64,000 bases of DNA from Podarcis melisellensis (Eukaryota), in the NCBI GenBank assembly GCA_964234715.1, contig OZ174278.1. One strand, written 5' to 3'. The translations under genes and the position numbers were made by a program. A model generated the notes under the pieces. That model made no database searches and was not told where the DNA came from. It saw nothing but the letters and a program-made list of their open reading frames with translations. Below, piece by piece: positions 25,431-39,110 of this stretch (position 1 is its first letter; each line of letters begins with the position of its first letter).

Positions 25431-28080
25431 GACTTAGGGTGCAATCCTATACTCTTCTGATAGTACGCCTCAGTGAAATCAACTGGACTTACTCCTGAGT
25501 ATAGATGTATAGTATCGCGCCATCAGTAGCAGTAATATTGCTGAGGTACAAGCATCTTGGGTTCCCACCCCACAAATTCAATATGCAGTAATGGCCTCTC
25601 ACCCTTTTTCGAACACCCTCCCTTGTGGAGTGTTCCCTCAGCCTCCTCTCCTCTTCTTTCCACTCCCCATGGGGGTCCTCTGGGCAGTTGCTGCTTCCGC
25701 CCCTGATCTCTGAGCTGCACACCACCCTCGCCCCAAAGAGAGGTGCTCCCCAGAGGCAGAGTGGAGCTTATAGCCAGGGATGCTGCGACGAACAGCTGTG
25801 CAAGCCTTCAGGAATTAGAGACACAAGAGGGCATCAGAGGAGGGAGGGGAGGGAAGGAAAGAGGGACAGAGGCCAGTGTTGCACACCTGACCATCACTCA
25901 AGGTGCCCCAGGGTGCCACAGCACACTGGTGGAAAGCCACTGCCTTAGCCTGCTGCCTCTTCAGGCCCCAGCCAATTTTTTTTCTAGGCCCCTGCTCTTT
26001 AATTTCTTGTCTCATAGGTTCTTCTCTTCTGTAGCATCTCAACAACAGCCAGAAAACCATAAGACTGTCTCTCACCTGTGGGGCAGGTCAGCTAGTCACA
26101 GGCAGAAGTTACAACTGAAGGAAGATTTATTTATCATACAGCAACATTGGTTTGGAAAACTAAAACAATGAAATAACGTAGGCCAGAAATGCACACTTGA
26201 GGAGCCGGCAGGGGGAGAGGGAGCACAACGCTTCACAGAATATTTAGTTACTTCCAAGGTAAGTTTTGCAATATGTTCTTCAATTTAGAACCCTGGAATA
26301 AATAGGTTGCTCTTTACGTCTAAATTCTGCAGCTTTGTAATTCTCTGCAAAAGGTTTTCCTCTCCTTTCCTGTAACACCTAACTGTAGGTGAATAAGCCT
26401 CTTAACCCTTGGCTTGTTTATATAAACTAGGGACCTGAGGCTATTTAGTCAGGCTTGTTCTCCTGAGCCAACAGTCCTTGTAAACACAGACAGGAAATCT
26501 CATTATTTTTAAGCTCTCTTGCACATAGTCTCAGCTAGTTCTTTGCTTGTGCCCACCTCTGCATATCCAGAAGATGATGATTGTGCTATTGTTTAAATGG
26601 CCATTTATTCTGAAATGATAGAGAAATGATCCCTAGCCGCTTAATTACATAAGGGGGAGATTTGCTGACTTTCATTTCACTTCAGCCTCGGGATTCACCA
26701 CCTCTTAAGTGTGTAAACAAGACAGAGACTGAAGTGAGGGTGTTATTATAAAAATTACTGGTTGTGTAAATGAGCATTTCGTACAAACCATCTTTAGCAG
26801 ACTTGTAGTGGTTCAGCTACCTTATTTTGTTTATAGAAGTATATACCACCCTCTCGCAAAACATCAGGGCAACGCACACCAACAAATAAACATTTAAAAG
26901 CAATACGAAACAATCACTAAAACGACTGGCCACTTTGTCAAGCAGTTTCAAAATAAACATGATGAACAGATCAAGATTTCTTCGCCCTGGATGAAAATCC
27001 TCAACGCTTGCTCGATTTGTGAGAAATTCTGGGTATCAGGCAACACTTACATGGCAGTAATATTTAACTTGTCCTTTCCCTAGTCAGCTTTCAATGAACT
27101 TCAACCTAATGCCTGAAATGTATAGATAGACATGGATAACACATTATCTGCGTCTGCACATTTCAATCACTACACAGAAGTATAGCTAGAACTTTTCAGA
27201 GCCAGCCCAAATGTTTTTTACAGCCAGCTTGGTGTGTACAGGATTCGGCAGTAGGCAAGTTTAGCATCCAGGTGAGAAGGGCAATGTTCAACAGAAGGAA
27301 ATATAATCCAGAACAGACTGCTTTCCTTGGCTTCAGGGAAAGACTTGCTAGCTTAGCATCAACTACCAAATCAGATATGAAAGCAGCTGGGTTCTTGTTA
27401 TGAGACACTGGGGCACGACCAGAAACCCTGGCTTAGCCAGCATTCATAATGCACTAGCATCTTTGCTAAACATAATGCCCCTCCCTGTCACCATCTTAGA
27501 AATTTCTCCAGGTGACCCAAACACTTGTCCTTCTGCTTTTGGGGTGACTCATGAATGGGGACTAAGTAGAATCTCCACGGACAACACCCAGTTACTTTCT
27601 TGACATCCAAGCAGAAAGAGGCTCTTCAAGCTGGAATAAATAAAAAGGTGGCTTTTCAAACTACCATTCACTTTTCCTAAGCATTCAAATTGTATGTTTA
27701 AGTAGCTAGAATCTGTTGTGGAGCTAAGCAAAAGCTTCTGAGCATCCAGTGACAGAGCCATTCAACAAAAGTGAAGACTCGCTTTGGAGACCTTAAACAT
27801 AATTCTTGTAAACAAAAACAAAGTGAAAATGGTAGTCTGTGCATCATGTGCTCTCCCCTTTTGATACAAAATGTTCCTGTAGTTAAAACAGAATCTTGAT
27901 TCCCCTCCGCCTTTTAAGTCACTCTGTCTCAACTATGATACTACCTACTCCATCACCAAAAAGAGAACAAGTCATGTCCAAGGAATTTCCTTCCTGTACA
28001 CAAAATTATGGTTCAAATTGGGTCTGTTTCTGGCCAAACTAGAAGGCTTCCTAATAATACTTCCCTATCCTCAGAGTATA

Positions 28081-28427
28081 GGGACGTGAGTGGCGCTGTG
28101 GGTTGTGCTTACAACAGGGTTAAAAACCACACAGCCTAGGGGTTCGAATCCGCATGACGGGGTGAACTCCCATTGCTCGGTCCCTGCTCCTGCCCACCTA
28201 GCAGTTTGAAAGCACGTCAAAGTGCAAGTAGATAAACAGGTACTGCTCCGACGGGAAGGTAAATGGCATTTCCATGCACTGCTCTGGTTCCCCAGAAGCG
28301 GCTTAGTCATGCTGGCCACATGACCTGGAAGCTGTACGCCAGCTCCCTGGGCCAGTAAAGAAAGGTGAGCTCCGCAACCTCAGAGTCGTCCGCAACTGGA
28401 CCTAACGGTCAGGGGTACCTTTACCTT
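28081..28427 (+). mobile_element. Sauria SINE (altered head)
   Basis: TSD tatcctcagagta; small insertion and deletion in the head. Confidence 0.93.
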
Positions 28428-29571
28428 TATCCTCAGAGTAATTTCTGCATCTCTTAAGCTGCAGAAGGGAGTGACATGCAAAGAGTTGCTAGGCAGTTAA
28501 TGAATTTAAGAAGGACATGCCTTTCAGCTTGTTTACCATGCAGGGAAGAGGTGGGAGCAAATACTCATTTGTTGTAACTAAGATTTTACCTAGGTCTGTG
28601 CTGGAAAACAAGAGTTACTTCTCTCCCTCTGCAAGGCAAAACAAACAAACAAAACAAAGCACAAAACGTGTACCACTTGGCTGTGCCCAAGGAAATAGTG
28701 ATTCAGCAAACAAATTAGCCTAGCACACCTAGTCAGTGTAGGCTACTTCCCTATTTATAGAAAACACTGTATGATCACACGTCAGCATATAATTTTAATA
28801 AAAGGCACCGGCAGGATGCAGTGGTCAGTAAATATTTTTTTTTACCACAAAGCTAGGAAAGCAGGTAGGAGGGAAAAAAGAGAAGGAAACTCCCAGTGCT
28901 TGAATGAAGATTTATTTCAGGCCTGACACATTTTAGAACAATCCCTCTAAGGGGGGGGGGTACTATAAAAATACAAATAATACATATGTAAACAAGAAAT
29001 TGCAGTAGTGAAATAGGTTCTCATTGACTCATACTGGATGAATCTGAAACGGAATTGTCAAATTACTTAAAAGAATCCCTCCCCCCCCCGCCCACAAAAA
29101 AACCCAACAACTTAGAATACATTTTAAGAAAGCAAGGCAAGTACAAGCAGAAGCATGTGAGAAGTAGAATGGCAGCAGCACCCTCCTGCCAGTACCGTGT
29201 TTGAGATTGGAGGAGGAACAGGTTGGCAGTAGCATCCTGATGGGCTGCAGCCACCAACCCAGGGCTCCCCCAGCTTCACCCCACCACCACTGAAGTGCCA
29301 CTGCCACTCTGTCCTCCTCATGTGCCACACCTGGCAAGGATTACATCTCCAAGTGGCCTACTGGAAAGACCAGTTGACACAGACCTTAGTCCACCTTCTC
29401 TCCTCTTGTTACCCTGGGTAAAGAACTCAGGAGCCCAGAGGCCTCTAATAACTTCCATCTATTGTCCGATCTCCCATTTGACCCAAATTAAATCACCATT
29501 GGGAAGGGCTCAGATATGTCCAATGTGGTGGGTATGGGAAGGAAGAAATGTGTCCCGTTGAAATTATTTTA

Positions 29572-29797
29572 CAGTGGTACCTGGGGTTACAGACACTTCA
29601 GGTTACAGAGTCTGCTAACCCAGAAATAGTACCTCGGGTTAAGAACTTTGCTTCAGGATGAGAACAGAAATTGCACGGCGGCAGTGCAGTGGCAGCTAGA
29701 GGCCCCATTAGCTAAAGTGGTGCTTCAGGTTAAGAACAATTTCAGGTTAAGAATGGACCTCCAGAACGAATTAAGTTCTTAACCCGAGGTACCACTG
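29572..29797 (+). mobile_element. Tc1/mariner-type MITE, family A
   Basis: TA-flanked CAGTGGTACC TIRs. Confidence 0.93.
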
Positions 29798-29941
29798 TAC
29801 TACCATTAGCCAAATCTCTAGAGATGACAGCATTGGTGTGTGGCAAAACAAACAAAAACAAAACAATACAAAACAAAACAAAAAAAACATCCCAGGGTAA
29901 AAACAGTAACTACAGAATACCCTGTCATAGTTTTCATTGTA

Positions 29942-30177
29942 CAGTCGTACTTCAGAAGTCAAACGGAATCCGTTCCGGAAGTCCATTCGACTTCCAAAGC
30001 ATTCAACCTCCAAATCGCAGCTTCCGATTGGCTGCAGGCAATTGGAAGCTGCAGAAAGCCCGTCAGATGTTCGGCTTCCAAAAAAAGTTTGAAAACTGGA
30101 AGAGTCACTTCCGGTTTTCAATCGTTTGGGAGCCAAGACGTCTGAGTTCCAGGGTGTTGGACAACCAAGGTACAACT
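29942..30177 (+). mobile_element. Tc1/mariner-type MITE, family B
   Basis: ta|cagtcgtac start; family-B interior. Confidence 0.85.
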
Positions 30178-30471
30178 TATGCTCCAGCGTAGCCTAATCT
30201 GAAAGACCCAACCTTTTGTCCTTATCTGGCTCTCATATTCAGGACAGTTAGAGAATACACACTAGAGATATATTTCCACCCTTGCACGTCAACTGTTGTA
30301 TTAGGACACTATCCTGGCTGTAAACAGGGACTTTCCCTCCAGGTAACGTAGGAATTTATTTTTAAAAAGATTTATAGACCGCTTAATAATAAAACTCTCC
30401 AAGCAGCATAGACAATATCATTAATAATTTTTAAAAAAGCAAAAATACACAGAATGGTCCAAACACAAGTA

Positions 30472-30713
30472 CAGTGGTACCTTGGGTTACATACGCTTCA
30501 GGTTACATACGCTTCAGGTTACATACTCCGCTAACCCAGAAACAGTGCTTCAGGTTAAGAACTTTGCTTCAGGATGAGAACAGAAATCGTGCTCTGGCGG
30601 CGCGGCAGCAGCAGGAGGCCCCATTAGCTAAAGTGGTGCTTCAGGTTAAGAACAGTTTCAGGTTAAGAACGGACCTCCGGAACGAATTAAGTACTTAACC
30701 TGAGCTACCACTG
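30472..30713 (+). mobile_element. Tc1/mariner-type MITE, family A
   Basis: TA-flanked TIRs; family-A interior. Confidence 0.93.
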
Positions 30714-31200
30714 TATAGATAAGGTAATTATTAATAAAACACAACAACAAAATCAGCAAAAGGCTTCAAAACAAAGATTAACTAAATTTGGTTCTCATAT
30801 TGGAGATTTCTCATTTCAAGCTGCTGTATTTCTTCCTTACGGTTGTAGACTAACAGGCTACCTGCATGTTATACTCTAACATATGTTATAATGCCCTGGC
30901 ATAGTGTCTATGGTTGTTTTTTTTTAACCCAGTCTCTTTTGGAAAGAGAAATATAGAGCAGGGCGTGGTGAGAGAGGGGAATTTAGAGCAGAGATGTCCG
31001 TAGGGTGTGGTGAAACTGAACCATTTCCCCACTCCAAATCACCCTCTCATATGACTTCCTCTCCCTTGCGTGGTTCAAAAACCCATGTTTGCCAAAAGAC
31101 TACTGGAAATTCTACTTCCCTTATAGCAGTGCACATAAATTCTCCCATGTGACTTCTACGCTAGAACTATAACTGAATAGGATTTTACCACTGCATAAAG

Positions 31201-31521
31201 CGTGGGTAAGCAAACTAAGGCCCAGGGGCCGAATCCGGCCCAATCGCCTTCTAAATCTGGCCTGCAGATGGTCCGGGAATCAGCCTGTTTTTACATGAGT
31301 AGAATGTGTCCTTTTATTTAAAATGCATCTCTGGGTTATTTGTGGGGCCTGCCTGGTGTTTGTACATGAGTAGAATGTGTGCTTTTATTTAAAACGCATC
31401 TCTGGGTTTTTTGTGGGGCATAGGAATTTGTTCATACCCCACCCCATAATATAGCCCGCCCCCCCAAAAGGTCTGAGGGACAGTGGACTGGCCCCCTACT
31501 GAAAAACTTTGCTGACCCCTG
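31201..31521 (+). mobile_element. hAT non-autonomous element (same family as 17919) with internal ~60-bp duplication
   Basis: 8-bp TSD gcataaag; tacatgagtagaatgtgt...tgtgggg present twice. Confidence 0.9.
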
Positions 31522-32271
31522 GCATAAAGGTTGGACACAGATGCGGACACCAGCCCACCAAGGTTTGTTTTACTTGAAATAAAAGCTCATACTGTTACCT
31601 ATCAGGCAATCAGTTTTGCAACATCTCCCTCTGCTGATAGACTGCCTAATGTGCTGTCTTTCTATGTCAACGTTGTATATACTGTATCCTCTGGTTATTC
31701 AACACATTCGTCCAATTTGCTTCCTTTCTTATTCTCACCAGCCTGTATAAAACCTTGCATGTTGGTCATCTTTGAATAAAGTTTTATTTCATGTGTACAT
31801 TTAGGAACTGGCCAGCAGAGACCTTCCCTATTTCTACTGCTCTTTTTATAAAGATAATGTTGTTTAGTATTAGACAACCTTAATTTTAACTCTGACAGGT
31901 TGAGGGAAGGAGGAATACGGACTAACTAAGAGATTCACTCGCTCACAGAACTACTATTTCTGCATACCAGGGAACAAGGGAAGATGTAAGCCATTTCCCT
32001 CCTCAAATTAAAATTTGCTGACTTTCTTTCTAGCTTAGATCTGCATGCGAGCCCTGCCAGGGACAGATACATTTATAAATTAATAGCTATCTATAAGATA
32101 TCTTACACACTTTAAAGTCCCAGGAAGGGTGGCAGCAATATAAGCAGACCATTTTTATTGCACTTAGTGCAATTTTATATGCAGAACACACCTCCTTGCT
32201 GTATTTTTTAAAATGAAAATACAGTTTATAAATATTTGCATAAACAAAATAAAAACAAGAAAAAGAGTTTA

Positions 32272-33507
32272 CAGTGGTGCCTCGCAAGACGAAATTAATT
32301 CGTTCCGCAAGTCTCTTCGTCTTGCGGTTTTTTCGTCTTGCGATGCACGGTTTCCCATAGGAATGCATTGAAAATCAATTAATGCGTTCCTAGGGAAACC
32401 GCCTTCAGACCAGGTCCGGGGACAGTCTGTCCCCGGACCTCTTCTGAAGGCTGGGGGGCGCGGGCTTCGCAGCAGCGCTACGAAGCCCGGCGGCTGGGGC
32501 AGGTGTTCCCGCCCCCCCCTGCTTCGGAGCAGCGTTCCGAAGCGGGGTGGCTGGGGCAGGTGTTCCCGCCCCCCGCCCGGCTTCGCAGCAGCGCTACGAA
32601 GCCCAGCGGCTGGGGCAGGTGTCCGGGATCTCTTTTGAAGCAAGCGGCTGCGGAGAGAAGCGATCTCCCCGCAGCCGCTTGCTTCAAAAGAGGTCCGGGA
32701 TCTCTTTTGAAGCAAGCGGCTGCGGAGAGACGCGATCTCCCCGCAGCCGCTTGCTTCAAAAGAGGTCCGGGATCTCTTTTGAAGCAAGCGGCTGCGAAGA
32801 GACGCGATCTCCCGCAGCCGCTTGCTTCAAAAGAGGTCCGGGATCTCTTTTGAAGCAAGCGGCTGCGGAGAGAAGCGATCTCCCCGCAGCCGCTTGCTTC
32901 AAAAGAGGTCCGGGATCTCTTTTGAAGCAAGCGGCTGCGAAGAGACGCGATCTCCCGCAGCCGCTTGCTTCAAAAGAGGTCCGGGATCTCTTTTGAAGCA
33001 AGCGGCTGCGGAGAGAAGCGATCTCCCCGCAGCCGCTTGCTTCAAAAGAGGTCCGGGATCTCTTTTGAAGCAAGCGGCTGCGGAGAGAAGCGATCTCCCC
33101 GCAGCCGCTTGCTTCAAAAGAGGTCCGGGATCTCTTTTGAAGCAAGCGGCTGCGGAGAGACGCGATCTCCCCGCAGCCGCTTGCTTCAAAAGAGGTCCGG
33201 GATCTCTTTTGAAGCAAGCGGCTGCGAAGAGACGCGATCTCCCCGCAGCCGCTTGCTTCAAAAGAGGTCCGGGGGCAGCGGGAAGAGCTGCCCCCGGACC
33301 TCTTTTGAAGCAAGGGGCGGTGGGGAGAAGCGATCTCCCCGCCGCCTCTTGCTTCAAAAGAGAAGACCCGCTGTCCCCGGGGCAAGCTTCGTTTTGCGAA
33401 GCAAGCCCATAGGGAAATTCGTCTTGCGAGACAACTCGAAAACGAAAAAACCTTTCGTTTTGCGAGTTTTTCGTCTCGCGAGGCGTTCGTCTTGCGGGGT
33501 ACCACTG
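32272..33507. mobile_element. Young CpG-rich Tc1/mariner-type non-autonomous element carrying a hairpin minisatellite
   Basis: ta|cagtggtgcctcgcaagacgaa ... ttcgtcttgcggggtaccactg|ta (22-bp imperfect TIR, TA TSD). Confidence 0.92.
32620..33361. repeat. Tandem array of nine 71-72-bp palindromic units plus one diverged unit
   Basis: Unit: ggtccgggatc-tcttttgaagcaagcggctgcg-[loop]-cgcagccgcttgcttcaaaaga. Starts at 32620, 32692, 32764, 32835, 32907, 32978, 33050, 33122 and 33194; diverged hairpin at 33301-33361. Confidence 0.97.
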
Positions 33508-34851
33508 TATATACAATTATAAAAAAACAAGTTTAACATATACAAGCAAGAACAATACAGTAGAGATTAAACAAATTAATCTCCCATCATCCCTGACCAT
33601 TGGGCATGCTGGCTGGGGCTGCTGGGGGGAGTTGCAGTCCTGCCACATTTTCTAGGTGGCCACAGGTTCTCATCCCTGATCCAAAAGGCTCCTGCACTAA
33701 CAAAGGGAGACTTTTCGCACTGTTATAATGATTTACGTTTGCAGTACCGAGGGGCAGAGAGGCTGCTTTGTTGGTCTACGTTTACTCATCTCCCCAAGAG
33801 TAAATTTGAGAGAAAGACTGGTCTATTTTGTTTAATGTAAACAACATTCTCTATCCCTTTGGGTGAAATGGGGAGCGATTCTTCCTAGGACAGATGAGGG
33901 GCCTGGGAAGGTTATAGCAGGAAAGTCAAAAGGACACTACTCAGCTGTAAATCCAAAGCAGAGGGCAGCAGTGGAGGAGCTCTTGGAAACCCAAAATTGT
34001 CTCTTTGGTAGGGCTCTGTTCCTTACTGCTCAATTTAGGACAAGACCTAAGAGAAGTTTTATAAAATATTCACAAGCAAGGACAACACCCTTCTTGCAAT
34101 AGATGAAAAGTGTAGATGTGTGGTTTGTTTGAAAAAGTCATTGTAAGCAACAACTGCCTAGCAAAAAAGGATTAAAACAGTAACACAGAGCCAAGGGTGG
34201 AAGAAAGTTATTTTCAACAGCACGGAAAAGCCATTTTTTTTTATTCTCATAAAAATAAGAATTTATGCCCTTTTGCAATTGCTCCAGGAAAGGACTTTCT
34301 TCCACTTCACAAGCTGCTGCCTGTGAGAATTTATCTTAGCGGTAAGTCCCTACTGTCCTGAATCTGCTGTGTCCTCAAAGTCACAAGGAAATTACACTAA
34401 ACTTACACTAAAAGTTCCACCGAAGTTACAGTGACTTAAACACACGTATCTGTGGGCACAAGATTATTTCAAGCAGTACGAGAGAAAAGCCCAAACTGGC
34501 TTCCTAGAAGAAGCAACCCACGCTGCTGAAATAATCATGCATATATGGCATGACTCAGAAGCTTAGAGTGGACAGTGACTCAGATGCCCAGGGTGGGTAG
34601 CACATCCCCAATGCCTGCAGTAGTTTTGAATATGGTTTTTTTTAAAAAAATAATTAAAATAACTTCGGAAGTACATGGGGGAGAAAAGCATGTGTCCATA
34701 TATCAGCGCATGCAGCCCTTAAAAAAAAAGAACTACACCGAAAAGCAGTGCATAGATACTTCTCCAAATCCCGCTCTGTGAAAAACAGCCAGTTTTAGTT
34801 TTCTTTATTATTGAAACTGAATAAACTTGTGCGGGACTAGAAAGGGCTGTA

Positions 34852-35050
34852 CAGTGGTACCTCAGGTTACAGACTCTGCTAACCCAGAAATAGTACCTCA
34901 GGTTAAGAACTTTACCTCAGGATGAGAACAGAAATTGCGCGGAGGGAGCAGGAGGCCCCATTAGCTAAAGTGGTACCTCAGGTTAAGAACAGTTTCAGGT
35001 TAAGAACGGACCTCCAGAACGAATTAAGTTCTTAACATGAGGTACCACTT
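34852..35050 (+). mobile_element. Tc1/mariner-type MITE, family A (shorter)
   Basis: ta|cagtggtacctcaggtta...gaggtaccact. Confidence 0.92.
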
Positions 35051-36057
35051 TACACAGAACTTAATGCTACCCTAACAGCATCTTCTGTTCCCCCAACTCC
35101 CAATTGCATTTGTAGTTATCAACACACCACTGGCTGAATGGAAGCCCATGGCCAGCATGGTGTGGAAGGGAATGTAAATACCATTGCTCTTCAGAAGTGA
35201 AGGCCTATGGGCAGCCCAAGTAATCCCAACCCCCCAAGTTATGCTGCAAACTGAATAATATTCCTAAGCGACACAAGATCCAACAAAAGCAGTTCAACAG
35301 CTCCCTTTCCAGTCCCCAAAGGGCTTAACGGCAGCAAGTCTCTCAAATGGGACATTATTCAGCTAGTCTCACTTCTCTCTAGAACTGTGTGCCTGTGTAG
35401 CCGCATTAATGGTTATTTCTGAAATTACTAAACGACACCCCAGCCATGCAAACCAATTTAGCTTACAAGTACAGAGTTTGCAAGCAAACTGATGGCACCC
35501 CTGAATGAAAAGAAATAATTAAAATGCGACAATACTCACGCTGTCGCTCTGCCAGCAGCACAATATCTGTTGAATGGACCAATGCCACATATAGTTTCGT
35601 GCCGAATATTCTGTGTTCCACAGCTTCTCTGTGGTCATTACTGGCAGTGGTGATAAAAGGCAGCATGACTTGACAAACCACTTCCTTTTTTTTTTTTTTA
35701 AACGTGGATATGCATTGAAAGCTTCTTTACTTAAAAGAAAGATGCAAAATATGTCTATTGTAGTATTGGAAACGTTTGAAACTTTAGTTTCAAACCCCGT
35801 GTCCAGAGCAAAAGAAAGTCTCCTCCTCCACGAAAATGGGCCTTTTGTTTCTCTCTACACTCAAAAAAAAACCTCCCCCACCAACCAAAATTATATTTTA
35901 AAACACACCAAATGGAAATTGCAGAATGCACAAAAATGTCTTAATTTCCTACAAAAGCGACACAAAATTTTTGGTGCCAAAGCTATCCAATCATTAGAAG
36001 CGCTGGGAAAGGCAGCAATATTTTTTCTATCACAGGGTTTTATGGGCTTTTCCTTTC

Positions 36058-36067
36058 AGTAATAATA

Positions 36068-36118
<51 letters not shown>

Positions 36119-36507
36119 TTATTTATATCCCACCCATCTGACTGGATTTCCTCAGCCACTCTGGGTGGCTCCCAACAGAATATTAAAAACACAATAAAAC
36201 ATCAACCATTAAAAACATTAAACAGGGCTGCCTTCAGATGTCTGCTAAAAGTCAGATATTTGTTTATTTCCTTGACATCTGATGGAAGGGAGTTTCACAG
36301 GGTGGGCGCCACTACTGAGAAGGCCCTTTGCCTGGTTCCCTGTAACCTCACGTCTTGCAGGGAGGGAACCGCCAGAAGGCCCTCGGAGCTGGACGTCAGT
36401 GTCTGGGCTGAACGATGGGGGTGGAAACGCTCCTTCGGGTATACTGGGCCAAGGCCGTTTAGGGCTTTAAAGGTCAGCACCAACACTGTGAATTGTGCTT
36501 GGAAACG
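36058..36507 (-). mobile_element. L2 LINE 3' fragment with long (AAT)n tail
   Basis: Translation AQFTVLVLTFKALNGLGPVY.KER...SSSEGLLAVP...RAFSVVAPTL is the L2-clade ORF2 C-terminus. Confidence 0.88.
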
Positions 36508-39110
36508 TTTGCCTCCTTCTTCATATTCTTGCTTGGAGATCCACATCTTGTACATAAGAACTTCATGTACAGCAGCCACTCTAAGTTCCTTGAAGATGTT
36601 GTTACGTAAAATAAACAGTGACAAAAGGACCCCCTGGACCTGAAGTGGTAGTGGCTTCTGTAATATGGCAGAAGGAACCAAAGCCCCAAAGGGGGGGGGA
36701 GCCAAGGTCAGATCCACTGAAGCCACATGTGACCCAGAAGCCCCAAACGTAGGTCTGGGTGGATGTTCTCATATCTTAAGTCCCCTACATCTTTTGCAAT
36801 GAAGGGGGCACATTTCCTTTGACTATGCATTGCAGCTGAGTGACACGGCATTTTTTTTTTAGTCCACTCCTCAGAATATCCCATCAAGACTAATTTTTGA
36901 GATTGACCAAGTGGAGGAAACCAATATCCACAAGGCTATTTTCTATCAGATATTTCATTATGAGAAGATCCCAAAGACAACTTTCTACAGGTGAGAGCTG
37001 GTGGTTATACATCAAATATATGACCTATAGTTTGATGGTGATTTTGAAGGGATCCCTTGTAAGAATTATGACAATTCAGAAGGATCCATCAGTTTCTTCC
37101 CCTCTTATCTCCCTCCCCAGTGACTCTGTTTTCCTTCCTCTAGTCTCCCAGATAACCCCTCTCTCCCTCTCTTTCTCCACTCTTGGTTATTCTGCTTTCT
37201 GCTCAGGTGCAGATATGAGTCTTGAAAACCACAGAGCTGAAAGAGGATATGGAAAAGAGCAACAGTCTTCCCACTTCCTCTTCCAGCTCTATGTTATTTT
37301 CAAGGAGAGGGGGAGAGAGGGTAACAACAGTCTTGAAAAAGGCAGCAGTGGCTGGAGAGCATTCGAGGCATCTGGGAAAGTCCCTGCACTACTGCAAGCA
37401 TAGGACCATGTTGGCAACACCAAAACACAACAATTATAGTGTCACTCCTCCGTAAGGTCCTTCATAGATCATGCTTCTGCTGGATTTCACAGCAGAAATG
37501 TCATTTTTAAAATTTAAGATTATGAGGTGCTTTAAAGGGTTAGGGGGTTTTTTTTAGGTGGAGGAAGCAGGGAATGTGTTTATTTGTTAAATTAGTTAAA
37601 AAGCTTGCTTTTTGAATTGCATTGCTCTTCTACCCTCAGAATACTGTAACAAAGTTAACTGAATATAAATTAAATAGGGACTTGAACAGTCCCTCAATGA
37701 AAACACTCAATACTTTTAAAATCTTTGGGCATGATGCAGCTTTTAAAAACATATCATATAATCCTATTAGTTTTCATGAGATAATTAATTATATGCTTTT
37801 CACTTTTGATATCAGCAAGACTAAAAGCAGCCTTACTTTGGTCGCATTCCCCACATAATTCATAAGATGCAATTTTACAAACATGCTACCTATTAAAAGC
37901 CTATTCCTTTAAAATACAAAGTTCTGTTGTGCCTAAACTTCATAAGCCAGCCCCATTCTCATTGTTTCAACAGAAGCAGGCAGAAAAGACAGGATGTTGC
38001 TTCACGATGACACTAAAAAAAATTGTGGTTTCAAGGAAAATGAAGGCAAACTTACACTGCAAGGCAACTAGGGCACCAGTGCCGTTAAATTTTATTTATT
38101 ATTAATTTTTACCCACCCTGTCTGGAGCAAGTTCTGCAAAGCTTCATAGGTGGCAGCCTTCAAGCCATTTGCTTTGGAGTCACCCTTAAAGCCAGTGGAA
38201 TAATCAGTAAGAAGTTCAAGGATCACAGTGCTGATTATGTAGACTAACAAAGTCAAGCTCTCCGAGACTGGTTTTGCCATATGAGACAGGAAAGGGCAAA
38301 TATTTAGCCTGGTAAGACAGTACAAAGTCCGGCTGCCTCAACTCTGTCTCAGAATATCTCTTTGCCAAAAATGCACGAATGAAGCAGCTTGCACAGGGCA
38401 TATTGGCATTGCTATGTTGGCTTAAGGCAGGTGTGGGAAACCTTTAGCCCTGCAGATGTTGCTGAACTACAATTCCCATAATCCACGGCCTGTCATGATG
38501 CCTGTGGTGGTTGGAAAAGAACTCCCCAAGTTTTCTCAACGGAAAGGCATTAACCTTGGACACAGATGCATTAAACACCTGTGCTTGCTTTTGTCTAAGC
38601 TACTTGCTCACTCAAAAGATGCCAGAGGTCCAGCCTTGGAAATTGCCTGCCCCCCACCACATGAGTTCCAGCATCAGACCAGAACACAGCATAGCCTGAA
38701 GCAGAACCCAAAGGAGAACTCTAGCAACTTGTGGTTTTCACCTCAGGAGTTCCCTCTGCTGAAGAGACAAGCCACCAATCAACTGAAAAAGCAGCTTGTT
38801 TCTTCTGCAGCAAGGCCTTATGCAGCAAACACGGGCTCTCACTCGCGTCTCTTTTCCTTATAACAGGAGTCTATCAAAACATCGTTCTGAGAACTGGAAA
38901 GAGCCGTATTTCGCAACACCATCCCTCAATTATATGCTTGGCTACGCTAGCATATTTCTTCTCGGTAAAGACATCGTCCTCTTACTCAACCTATGCAGGA
39001 AATTTTCTTTGCCTTAAGGACATGAATTCCTGTCCTTATCACCCAGAGAAGGGTGAGGCCACATAGTTAGCCACCACTTGAATAAAAATGGTTTGCTTTA
39101 TTTTAACGAC

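Noticed and set aside
29915-29930. Micro first exon ATG-ACA-GG|gtattc as equivalent of a recalled short mammalian MTC isoform
   Set aside because: Weak donor, sandwiched between MITEs, and far too short to distinguish from chance.
32620-33361. CRISPR-like array, or repeat-protein ORFs of 150-249 aa
   Set aside because: Units are contiguous with no unique spacers, there are no cas genes, and the context is vertebrate. The ORFs occur on both strands because the GC-rich palindromic 72-bp unit lacks stops in several frames.
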